Below are positions 39,113 through 51,177 of a DNA stretch of 64,000 nt, piece by piece. Source of the stretch: Octopus vulgaris (lineage: Eukaryota); the NCBI GenBank assembly GCA_951406725.2, contig OX597816.1, positions 82,522,001-82,586,000 on the forward strand, written 5' to 3'. The stretch's first letter is position 1, and each line of letters begins with the position of its first letter. Under the pieces are notes generated by a model. The model was not told the DNA's origin. It saw only the letters and a program-made list of their open reading frames with translations, and searched no databases. The position numbers were made by a program, and so were the translations under genes.

Positions 39113-39493
39113 TTGCTTGAGAAGACCTGTCAAGATGAGTGAAATCGTAGTTGGGGCCAATACCAGTGTCGCATACCTGATACCCATGCCAGTAGCATGT
39201 AAAAAGCACCCTTTGAACTTTGGGCCTCATGGAGGCAGTGACAAGTGACTGAGACCTTTGGCAATATACCTTGCTTGAGAAGACCTGTTAAGCCAAGTAA
39301 GAAGTAAAATGCTGGTGGCACATAAAAAGCACCCACTACACTCTAGGAATAGTTGGCATTAGGAAGGACATCCAGCTGTAGAAACCATGCCAAATCAGAA
39401 TGAAACTTGGTGCAGCTCCCTAGCTTACTGGTTTTCAGTCAAACCGTCCAACCCATGCCAGTATGGCAAGCAGATGTCAAATGATGATGATGA
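39113..39493 (+). mobile_element. RTE-linked 3' module including duplicated RTE ORF-end sequence
   Basis: tgcttgagaagacctgt occurs twice, each followed by a gtaaaaagcacc-type unit, then the standard tail. Confidence 0.8.
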
Positions 39494-40350
39494 TAAGTGT
39501 GTGTGTGTAGGTATATATATAGAGAGAGAGGGGGAAGGAGTGAGAGAGAGCCGGGGACAGACAGACAGAGATTACATGTTCTCATATACACACATGTATT
39601 TAACCTAGAGTGGCAGTAGACATTCTGTCCTGAAATAAGTAATGTGATTACACAAAATGCAATAAATATGAGGCTTTATTCCTGTTTGAGAATCTGTTCT
39701 TTTTCAGTCTCAAGTTAATTCTGATAATACCTTACATTATTTATATTAAAATTGTAGCTATTAATTTGTAATTATTCATATTCTTAGGATTAATTCTTAT
39801 TAAAAAGATCAAAACAAAGTGTGATGCATTGCTACGTTAGGCAATAGTTAAATAGTCTGTCTGCCAGAAGCTTAGTGAGCTATAAATTATCTGGAAATCT
39901 AAAATGCTATCTGTGGAGGTAAAGTATAGAAGGTTTGATTAACACAAGATGATTGTTATAACCTGATTTAACAATATTTTAAGTGTCCAAGCATGTGGAA
40001 TCAGCAATGTGGGCATCCAAAAATGTAGTGGATACAAGTTCAAGCCCATTAGTTGGTCTGCTCCTGCTATGTCCCAGGTTAGTGTTTATATGTGCTATGT
40101 CATATATAGATATGTATGTGTGTAACTTAAAAACAAAAATGAGCTGAGAGAAATAACTCAAGGTGGCATGTAGTTTAATAATATAGGCAAATACAAGTAC
40201 ATCAAATGCAATACAACATAAATTTCCAATTTATTAAAATTATCCTTGCCTCTGAAGGGTGTATCATAATTACCAAATAGCAATTAAGATCAGTTCCATA
40301 TGAGGAAGGGAGATAATCTCAAGAATTTTCCAAAGTTGACATGCCATTAA

Positions 40351-40569
40351 CCCTTTCGCTACCAACCCGGCTGAAACCAGCTCTGGCTCTAAGTACAAAT
40401 GTCTAATTTTCATAAGTTTGGGATTAAAATCTTCTACCAAACTTAGACACAATTTATGTTCCTAACACTAGTTGAATGATCACTAAGTTATTTTACTAAA
40501 TTCTTGGTTATATTTAAGGTAATTGAAAGAAAAACAGAGCATCTCAAAATAAATACAGTAATGAAAGGG
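40351..40569. mobile_element. piggyBac-type MITE
   Basis: TTAA|CCCTTTCG...TGAAAGGG|TTAA termini with TTAA duplication. Confidence 0.85.
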
Positions 40570-41219
40570 TTAAGGAAAAGTATGGAGATATAAAGACAGT
40601 CATGGGCATGTGTTTCTGCTTCAATGGCCATCATTAGCATAACACTTGTCTTACCCTAATCTCCAGCAGCTTCTCTTCCTCTTTCTTCTGAAGGAAAAAT
40701 TCAGCAATTCAAAGCCTAACGCTTGAGTTTATAGTGATTTTGTGTTTATGTGTTCATAATGTTTTCTACTTGTTTGATATGTATTAACACATTAGCATAC
40801 ACACCTATTTGTGTAATACATATTGCATTGACTAGTCACTGAACTTTTAAAACTGCCATAAAGAACTATTTAGGACTACTTTTGCTTTGATTACTATGTT
40901 TATTGTTTATATAGCATCTTTCTTTTATAACTGATATAAAGGATGTAATGTTAAGTATTTGTTCATCTTTTGTCTCTTTACACACACACACACACACACA
41001 CACACATGGATACAGACACTGTAAAAATCGTGTGTATCCCAGATTTTAGAATAGATACACAGCATCCTTGTATGTTGTTAGAGGCACTTAATGGGATTGG
41101 AATCAGGAAGGACATTCAGCTGTAAAACTGCCTCAAAAAGTCCCATCCAATTAATACCAGCATAGAAAAGCAAGCATAAAAATGATACTGATAATAGTGA
41201 AGATGATGATATATCTTTG

Positions 41220-41323
41220 TGTGTGTGCATGTATGTATGTATGTATGTATGTATGTATGTATGTATGTATGTATGTATGTATGTATGTATGTATGTATGT
41301 ATGTATGTATGTATGTATGTATG

Positions 41324-41378
<55 letters not shown>

Positions 41379-41385
41379 ATATATA
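41220..41385. repeat. (GTAT)n-(TA)n-(GT)n microsatellite
   Basis: Direct inspection. Confidence 0.95.
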
Positions 41386-42307
41386 TATTTGCATGTGTAT
41401 ATATATGTATGTGTATATGTGTGTGTCTGCTTATTATGTGGGGGTGGGGGAAACAGAAGATTGGAAAAGAATTAAATTGAAATAGAGAGATTTAACTTTT
41501 ACGTGCTCTTAATACTAATGATAGGTATGTTGATGTATAGTTTCAATGCTGAAATGAAAAGACTAAGAAAAACATGACTTTCTGTTGGCATTGATAGTAG
41601 TAATAGTGGTGATACACATGTAGGTGGTGGTGGCAGTGATGGTTTCTTTTCTGCTAAAGGTATCAAGTTAGCAAGTCTAATTATAGCTGACTCAAACAAT
41701 TTTACACTGTGTTCTATGGTGGCCAGATTTGATTGGTTTGAATGGTAAAGAGTTAAGTAAAGTATTAATCCTAAATATATGTCAGAAAACTAGTTTTTTT
41801 TTTTGAACTGTTGAAAGATAATTTGCTTAATCCTTTTGTTTTTCAGATATTTTCAAATGAATTTATGCCATTTCTTTTACATAGCTATGGGCATAGCATT
41901 GTGGTTAAGAGGTTCATTTTGGACCTCTGTGCTTCCCAATTTGATCCTGCTGTACGGTGCACATGCCTTCTACTCTATGTGACATTAGGTTGCTCAGTTC
42001 TTTGTGAGTTGAATTTAGTAGATACAAACTGTGTAAAAGCTCATAACACACACACACTCATATATATTTATGAATATCACATGATGTTAAAGTTGGGAAT
42101 ACACGCACACTCACACAGAATTGGGCTTCTTTCAGTTTCTGCCTATCTCATAAGACTTTGGTTGGCCTGGAGCTATAATAGTAGACACTTGTTCAGGATA
42201 TCACACTGCAGGACTGAACTTGATACCACATAGGTGGGAAGCAAACCTCTTAAGCACATGCTCATTCCTACACTTGTTCAAGTGTATGTATACACACACA
42301 CACATAC

Positions 42308-43830
42308 TGTTGTAATTTAATTTGTTATGTACAATAAATAAAATAACCAGACAACAGTAAAAACAATGTAACAAACTAACAAATCTCTTTATGAACCAGC
42401 AATCAATATTCCTTGTGAACTAACCAACCAACATCTTCTGACTTCACTTGACTCCCAAACTCTGAACCTCACTCAGATTGTTACTATTTATACTTTACTC
42501 AGATCCATCTATCTCTTGCAAGGGGGCATCATAACTCTCATCACAACATCTCCCCTTTTGAGATTTCAACTACTGTGAGAAAGTGGAATTTCTTTTTTTT
42601 TTCTTTCCATACCTCTCCCTCATTTTTTTAGCTGTTATATCTTAATTCTTGCCCAACTTTTAAGGTAGTATTGTTTGTTACAACATACCACTTTTGTTAG
42701 CATTTGCTTTTTGTTGTACTAAGCACTCTTGTTCTTTTTTTTTTATACATTCAGTCAGAGCTGCCCATTTTGCATAATCCTCTTTTTCAAAGGTTCTGTT
42801 TTTTTTCAATCTGTCTGACCCATCATCCACTTGCTTTATTGCTGCAAAAGGCAGTTTCCTATTAGGCTTGAACAAATGTATAATGTTATCATCTAATTCA
42901 GAACACACTTTAGTCTTTGTGTATAGACCTAGTTTGTCCAAGAATACTTGCAGAAACATTTAAAAAAAATTTTCTCTTTAACTCTTCACATGAATTATTT
43001 TTTAGGACAATCTTTTTACATTTTTACAATAGAGATATATGGGGAGATCATATAAATTGAATAATTCTAATCAATCTGTACCGAACAGATCAGTTGCATG
43101 TTTTCCTTCAAAATGTAACATTAGTTCACATTTCATCTATGAAATGTAATTTGTCACCCGCCACACTATGAACAGATTTCGCTGTTTTCCTCAACACAAG
43201 TTTTTTTATTTTCTTCTAAGTGTCCATATTTATTATAGAAATATCAATTCCAGTAACCAATTGAAGTTTAATATGTATTCCATTTATTTTTACATGTACG
43301 AATTTTCTTATTTGGGAGTTGATTTTTATTTCTGCTGAGAGCACTCTAGGATTTTTAATGCTTGACTTTCATAATTTTGTTCTGCAGTGTGATCTCTTGT
43401 GACCAATTCTTTTGCAACTGTAACATTTTTGATTTTAAAATGGACAGTCTTATCCATAACACAGATTAGAATGTGGCACACTTTTTTGGTTGTACTATTC
43501 CGGTCGGCATATCTGGATTTTTGAGGAATCCTTTTCTTGAATTTTTCCTATATCGTGTTTCAGGTTTACCATCCTTTGGCATTTTTTTGCCATAGACTGT
43601 AAGATTAGATCTTGGCTTGCTTGTTCCAATTTAGAAAGAATTCTTGCCTGAATTTCCGTATCTTTGCTTGCTGTAAGGCCTTATACGAAAATAAGACACT
43701 TGAACATCTTAGGTGTAAGTTCTTTGTGTTTAAAACTTTCATTCATCCTGATGACTGTTCCTGCATATGTGATAAAATCATCATTCACTTTTTCATTATA
43801 TTCCAACACTTCATTCAAGTAGCCCCAAGT
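42308..43830 (-). mobile_element. Internally deleted Gypsy LTR retrotransposon with 3' LTR (42308-42548)
   Basis: PPT aaaaggggaga then TGTTG...CAACA LTR. gag/protease/RT-start relic (GLYTKTKV..FKPNRKLPFAA..DYAKWAA). Homologous to 51178-55260. Confidence 0.85.
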
Positions 43831-43835
43831 AGTTC

Positions 43836-44088
43836 CCATGCTGGTGGCACGTAAAAAGTACTATCCGAATGTGATCCATGCCAGTCCCGCCTGACTGGCT
43901 CTTGTACTGGTGGCGCATAAAAAGTACCCACTACACTCTCGGAGTGGTTGGCATTAGGAAGGGCATCCAGATCAGATTGGAGCTTGGTGCAGCCTCTTGG
44001 CTTGCCAGTTCTCAGTCAAACCACCCAACCCATGCCAGCATGGAAAGCAGACATCAAACGATGACAATGATGCTGATGATGATGATGA
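43836..44088 (+). mobile_element. RTE-linked 3' module with two hairpin units
   Basis: ggtggcacgtaaaaagtac...ggtggcgcataaaaagtacccactacactctcggagtggttggc...(gat)n. Confidence 0.88.
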
Positions 44089-44109
44089 TATATATATATA
44101 TATATATAT

Positions 44110-44540
44110 AATTATATAAATATACTTATAATTAAGGGTACTGAGAACAGCACCAACATGCTAGAAAAAACAGAAGTCAAAATGACTCTAAAACCACATT
44201 GTGCACTTCTTTAGCATTGGTGAAAAGCAAGCACATGATGAGATGGACAATTGGATTGGCCTCATATATACGTGTGAATATATGTATGTATTTGTATGGG
44301 TACATATATATATTTTGGTAATATTTCTACTGATGGAAGTAGAGTATTTTATTACTAAATCAGAAATTGTTTGATCTAGAGTTAACCACTAAAAATTTGG
44401 TAAATCTTTTTTGTTCATTCCCTCACTTTTCACCAGAGCTAAAAGAGTGTGCGATGTGGTTTTAGTGTCATTTTGACTTCTATTTCTATGATTGATGCTG
44501 TTCTCAGTACCCTTAATTATAATTGTATTTATATAATTAA
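44110..44540. repeat. ~120-bp inverted repeat, possibly Penelope pLTR-derived
   Basis: ataattaagggtactgagaacagca...agaagtcaaaatgac.ctaaaaccacat pairs with atgtggttttagtgtcattttgacttct...tgctgttctcagtacccttaattat. Confidence 0.8.
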
Positions 44541-44654
44541 ATATCTATATTAATTCTTACCTATATGGTTTTTATTACATACTGACCATTGATATGATCA
44601 TTAATTTTATAATGATTTTATCCTTATTTATTTATGTATGTATGTGTGTGTGTG

Positions 44655-44709
<55 letters not shown>

Positions 44710-44710
<1 letters not shown>

Positions 44711-44845
44711 GGGCTTCTTTCAATTTCCATCTACCAAATTCACTTACAAAGCTTTGGTTGGTCCTGGGCTATAGTAAAAGACACTTGCCTGAAGTGCTAC
44801 ACAGTGGGTTTGAACCCAGAACCATGTGGCTAGGAAGCAAGCTTC
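44710..44845 (-). mobile_element. SINE fragment (same family as 59376-59817)
   Basis: gggcttctttcaatttccatctaccaaattcac...gaacccagaaccatgtgg. Confidence 0.8.
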
Positions 44846-46169
44846 TTCCTCTTCTTATCACCCTTGTTATTTCCAACATCCCAGGCCTTACACTAATCCC
44901 AATGCTCAGCTCTTTACTAAAATTTCAGCCATCTAGAACTCCCTTCTTGCCTTTGTTCTTTCTGCAGGTGTTAACTTGCAATCATTCAAGAGGAACATTA
45001 ATGGCATCAATCTCACTGGTGTCAGAGGGGGTGTGAAGCTATTGGCACTGCACATCCTCCAGACCCAGTAAGTAAAATGGAAAAAGAGTGGGAAAATATA
45101 TATTTAAATTACATCATCATGTCTCGCCTTCACAAGTAAACATTCAGAAAGAGGGGAGTGAGGCGATGTCATATCTTCTGCTTGTCTACTGAAGACTAGA
45201 GTGACCTACACTGGACAAATGTGATTTGCACTTGCAACAGCTTTTTGTATGAAAGACATGGAATGACTAAGGAAAAGACAAAGTAGTAGTAATGCTGGTG
45301 GCATCAGTGGTGTCAGTTGTTGTTTCTGTAAGAGGAGGAAGAGTCAGTAGCACATCAATGTTTGTATTGCAACAGTCTGTACTGAGTGATCAACATCATA
45401 AGACAAATGTCAAATGTGACCATTGTTTTTATCAAATAAATACCTTGCATTTAAATAACAGTATAAAGAGAGAGAACTAGCAGAGTCTTTAAAACATCTA
45501 ACAGAATACCTGATGGTATTTGTTCCAGTTTTCTGTGCTTTGAGTTCATATTCTGACATGATCGACTTTGTTTTTATCCTTTCACTGTCAATAAATAGAA
45601 TATCAATCCAAGGATGTAGATTGACAGTTGTTAGAGTATCAGATAAGACATCTTGCTATATCTGTTCCAACTTCTCCAATTCTTTACATTTTAAGTTCAC
45701 ACTCCCTATATTACTGAACTTTCCATCATAATAAAGTTATTGTGAAGCCCCAACATCCAGTCCAATGAGAAAAGGAGACTGCTTATAAAACTCCAATAAA
45801 TTCACAAAACAAATGTCATATGTTCATAAGAACTCTATGTATCTATCTAAAAAATTCAGCAGGATTTAAGGCACCTGCACTGGTGACATGTCAGAAGCAC
45901 CTGTGCTGGTGACACATGAAAAACACCCAGTACACTCTGTGTAGAAGTTGGCATTAGAAAGGGCATCCATGTTTACAACCATGCCATAACAGCTCCAGTC
46001 AAACCATCTAACCTGCCAGCATGGAAAATGGATATTAAATGATGATGATGATGATAATGATTTTCATCTTAATAATACTGAAACTCTAGATGTTTGTTTG
46101 TTCCTGAAATATCTCTGAAACAGTATATTTTATCTTAATTTTTTTAATATATTTATTTTCATATTTACT

Positions 46170-47250
46170 TTATGCAGTGCAGTACGAGGTTTTGTGATAT
46201 TTGGACCTCTATTCATTAATAAAAACGATTAAACACAATTTTTTTTTTGTTATTTCTTGACGAAAAAACATGGTTTCTATGACGTCAACACACATACACA
46301 CATACAGAATACACACACATATAATGAATGTCATGGTGTGTGGATCAACACAAACACACATACACTATCCGTGACATACACACACACACGGTAATTGCAC
46401 TCTCTTTCACTATCACAAAAAATATCGACTTTCACTCCTTCCTTTCTCATACATGTGTTGTGATAGAAAAAAACCAAAAGAGTATTATTAATGTAGAAAG
46501 AATGTTTTTATTTTCTCTTTTGCTAAACACAGCACAAAGTATTGTCAGTGAACAAGTTGCAAATTTAAAGCAACAAAAATATTTTGACACAAATTAAATT
46601 TAAATGTTGAAGTGAAACTAACAGTTTTTGTGAGTTCTTCCATGCTGCAATTTTTTGTTTCAGCACACGATCTCAGATCAAGCCACTTACTGTGCAAGTA
46701 CATCTCCATAATATTTTAATCATTTAGAAATATTTTTAAGTGGATGTGATTTCAAAAATGTAAATTGTTCGTACAGAAAGTATTTATATTTTAATTTTCT
46801 TTAAACAGACAATATTTTAATGTTTTTAAAAATTATTTTCAAGTGAATATCATTACAAACATTTCTTTTGGCATATTTAAAAAATATTTCAAAGTGAAAA
46901 TGACTTTAAAAACATGGTAACCTTAGTGTGAAAGTTTTCTCCATAGATTTTTTTTCAAGTGCATTCACCTCCAAAGATTTGGCTGCTATTTCTAGCTCAC
47001 TCTGCTACCACGTAACAACTATTTGCAATAAAGGACCTGAAATACCTGTTACATGGTAGCAGGGCATGCAAGAAATAGCAGCCAAATCTTTCCTTTTGGG
47101 AAAAAGGAGTTGTTTATGTGTGATTTCGATGTCACATTCATTGGAAGCATTCAAAATAACCTTGAAAAGAAAATAAAACCCATAAAACAAAACTCCGTTG
47201 CTGGGAAACTCAGAGTTTCCCGGTGACCCAAAGGGTCATGGATAGTCTAG
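46170..47250 (+). mobile_element. Non-autonomous Helitron
   Basis: 3' end has hairpin TGACCC-AAA-GGGTCA followed by CTAG|T at 47247-47251. 5' limit uncertain. Confidence 0.65.
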
Positions 47251-48000
47251 TATTATATAAAGTGTAGAGAATATGACACAGAACGAAGTAGGTAATAAGC
47301 AATACACACTTTGTATATATATTCTATAATGAGCATTTGTTGTATTGTTAGTTAAGTTCTGGTAAATTTGCATGCAATATTCTTTACTGGTCAATGTAGA
47401 GAGCAGTAATTTAACATTTGATAATATAATAATGAATTAAAGATTAAAGATGGATTTACAATGTTGTTGCTATTTAGTCCCATGTCAACTTTGATGAACA
47501 AATTTGTTCCAACCATGACCATTCTGTCTTCTTTGCAGGTCTAACATATCTAGTACTACATTATCAAACATGCCCTTCCTTTAAGACAAGGGAGTGTGAT
47601 CTGAGGGGGGATAATTGCATAAAGAGTTCTTCATTAGCTCCTAAGTTTACATATATTACACAGAAGAGAGCTGGTCTTGAATTACTTGCTTATGGGTCAT
47701 GAGTTCATATCCATTGAAGATATTTCATTGTGTTTATAGACATGACATGTTATTCTAAAGCCTTGCTTTTACTGTTGACATTATGTACCAAGTAATCAGA
47801 TCTCACGAGAAGGCCAACTGCAACAGACTATCATCCTAATCAAGAAAAAATTCATTTCTCATCTTCATACTATGAAGTCCAGAGCTACACATCTGCTTTA
47901 CAGCCACTCATAATTTGAACTGCATAGATAGTGGCAATAAAGGATTTCATTCATTGCTAAATTCAGAGCACAACTTGTTTTCAATATTTTACAGATAGAA

Positions 48001-48275
48001 AAGGCAACAAGCTGGCACAATTGTTAGACTGCTGTGCAAAATATTTAGTGGTATTTCTTATGGTTTTAAAGTAGTGAGCTGGCAAAATCATTAGCAAGCC
48101 AGGCAAAAATGCCAGGCAGCATTTCGTACATCTTTACATCCTGAGTCCAAATGCTGCTAGGGTTGACTTTGCCTTTTAGGGTTGATAAAATATGTAGCAG
48201 TTGAGCACAGAGGTTAATGTAATTGACTTATTCCCTTCTCCAAATTTGCTGGGCTTGTGCCAAAATTTGAAATGA
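48001..48275 (+). mobile_element. Diverged Meta-SINE-like copy with duplicated head
   Basis: Two agctggca heads, then gttgactttgccttttagggttgataaaat. Confidence 0.65.
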
Positions 48276-51142
48276 ATATTTTATAGATAGGAAAGCAGAA
48301 ATGAATAGCCAGGGAGAAAAAGGTCTTGGAACATAAATCTTGAATTTAAATCTTCTGCATGTGTTTTTGAGTACACTTAATTATATGGGCACCAGTTTAC
48401 CTAGCTATAGGTAATATAGACTATCAAGAGATGTTACCTCAGACTGATTGGTATCACATTCTGCTTCTTTAAACCATGAGAGCACAGCGAAGCATCAACC
48501 TTTTAAAGTTCATTAAAGCTTAAATGACATTTATTTATATTTGTACACATTGTGTAGAAGCAATATGATATATGTCCTTAGGATAATTTAATAGGTGAAG
48601 CCAACCTCAACAAATTTGAAATCTTAGAATCATATCAGCCATTAACAAGAGACTATATGCATTAGTTATTTGAGAAGAATTGCAACAATTGTGTATAAGA
48701 TACATAGAAACCAGAATCAATTATCAAGGGAGGCTGTCAAATTTAAGAAAACAAATCAGAACAAGAATAAATTTTATAAGTATTGTAGTAACAGAGATGC
48801 AGTGAAAAGTCAATGACCAGATGATAGATGTATGACAAAATAATTTAGTTCTTAATAATATTTATTATTATTATAAAATAATATTTGATAAAATATTATA
48901 AAATAATATTTGATAAAATAAGTACCAGTTGATGTAATCAACTTAGCTGTGCTGCAAACTTATTGGCTTTGTGCCAAAATTTGAAACCATTATTACAAAA
49001 CAGTATAAATGTAATGGCTGTGTGTTTAATAGGATTGCTTCCAACCATGTGGTCTTGGGCTCAATCCTACTGCAGAGAACCTTAGGCAGGTGTCTTCTAC
49101 AGTAGCCCTGGGCTGACCAAAGCCTTGTAAGTGTACTTGGTGGTCAGAAATTGAAAGAGGTTCATTGTATCATCATCATCATCATCATCATCACCACTAC
49201 CACCACCACCACCACCACCAGCAGCACCACCAAAACCACCACTACCAAAACCATCACCACCAAAACATCATCATCATCATCACCACCGTCATCATCATTT
49301 AACATCCATTTTCCATATGGGTATAGGTTGTACAGTTTGACTGGAGCTGGCAAGCCAGAGTACTGCACCAGGCTCCAATTATCTGTTTTGGCATAGTTTC
49401 TATGGCTGGATGCCCTTCTTAATGCCAACCACTTTACAGAATACTAAGTGCTTTTCACATGGAAACAACACAGGTATTTTTTATGTGGTACCAGCACCAA
49501 GTAACTTGTGAGACAAAGACTTTTTAGCTAAGAGAAGGATTGGAACTGAAGAAAGTGGCTGTATGTTAGGCGAGAGGTTAGAGTATAATAAAGTGACAGT
49601 TGGTGTTGTATGTTAGTCAAAATACATATTAGAATTGAGAATTATGGAAATATTATTTGCAAAACTTGTACACATGCATGCATGTGTGTGCACGCGCACA
49701 CACACAAACACACACACACACACACACAAAACCTTAATATATAGAGACAGATAGAGCCAACAGTGGACACTAATCTCTTGAGAGTTAATTAACATAGAAC
49801 TAAAGGTTATGGATGTCTTCCTTAGAATAAAGAACTAGAGGAAAGAATTAAATCACTTTGCCTTTGAAAAGTAATCTTAATTTTTTTATCAAGATGTTGG
49901 GTGCATTAGAACCAGAAACCGTTGATACTATTGTTGCTGATATGGATGGAGCTTCTGTTTTGTTGGTAATTTTTGTGGTTTTTATTGTTCTTTCTACTGC
50001 TGCTGTTGTTTCTGTTGTTCAGACTTAAGTCACCTTTGATTGAGCAAGGTTTATGGTACACAGGTAAGTCAGCCAAAACAACTAAGTGTGACCCACATCA
50101 CTCAGTTGTTCCGAATAAACCATGACACCATCTAACTGAGAAACATATTACACATTCCAACATGCAATGGTTAATTGTATGGCAGTACAGTGTGACAGTC
50201 TGGACATAGCATACTCTTCTCTCTACTGTTGAATCTATTTCTGTACACTTATTATTGTTATTGTTGCTTTTCTCTTTGCCATTGTCATTGATTAGAATGA
50301 AGTCAACCTAAATCAAGCAAACCTTAGATAAATGGTATTCCAGCAATGACCATCCTGTCTTATTTTCAGTCACAGTATATGTTTGACAACATTATCTAAT
50401 ATATTCTTCCATGTTTATAACAGTAGGATGTGAGTTAAAGTGAATTTGGCTGCTATTTCTAGTAGATCGAGCGACCATATAAAAGCTCCCACAGATTCTC
50501 CATACACTTCTAGACACTGGTTGGTGTCTTCTCTGGCAGCAGAAAAGATGAACTCAGGATGTGACAGTTACTGAGGTGGTTATTATTGATGTATTTAATT
50601 CATTTTTGTTGTTGTTGTTGCATATGACTTTGTTTGCTTATGGATGATGTCATTATTTCACTTCTGTTACAGTAGTGTTGTTGTTGTTGTTGATAGATAA
50701 CAACAATAGTTCATAAACTATTCAGCTATACCTAGATTTTTCTTATCAACCACAATTGCAGTGTGTGGTAGCATTTCCAAATTGATGAATACTCTTTGCT
50801 TAGAACATATTTTGTTGTTGTTTTACTTGGAATTGGGCATCAGTAGTACCCCATCCTGATACAAACCTGTTCATCTCACCTAAGCTAATTCTCTTACTAA
50901 TCAGTGGTATCACTCTTGCTGCTCTTTGTACATAATACATATAATATCCATATCACCACCATCACATATCTGTTGTCCATACTGGCATGAGTTAAGTTAT
51001 TCAACAGGAGCTGGTGTGCCAGAGGACTGCACCAAGCTCCTATGTCTATTTTGGCATGGTTTCTACTGCTGGATGCCCTTCCTAACACCAACCACTGTAC
51101 AGAGTGTAAATATATATATATAAATACATATTGCTGAGTATA

Positions 51143-51176
<34 letters not shown>

Positions 51177-51177
51177 A

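Noticed and set aside
44968-45067. Exon-like segment with tgcag| and |gtaagt
   Set aside because: It reads as a LINE C-terminus (VNLQSFKRNINGINL), so a TE relic; exonisation is not excluded.
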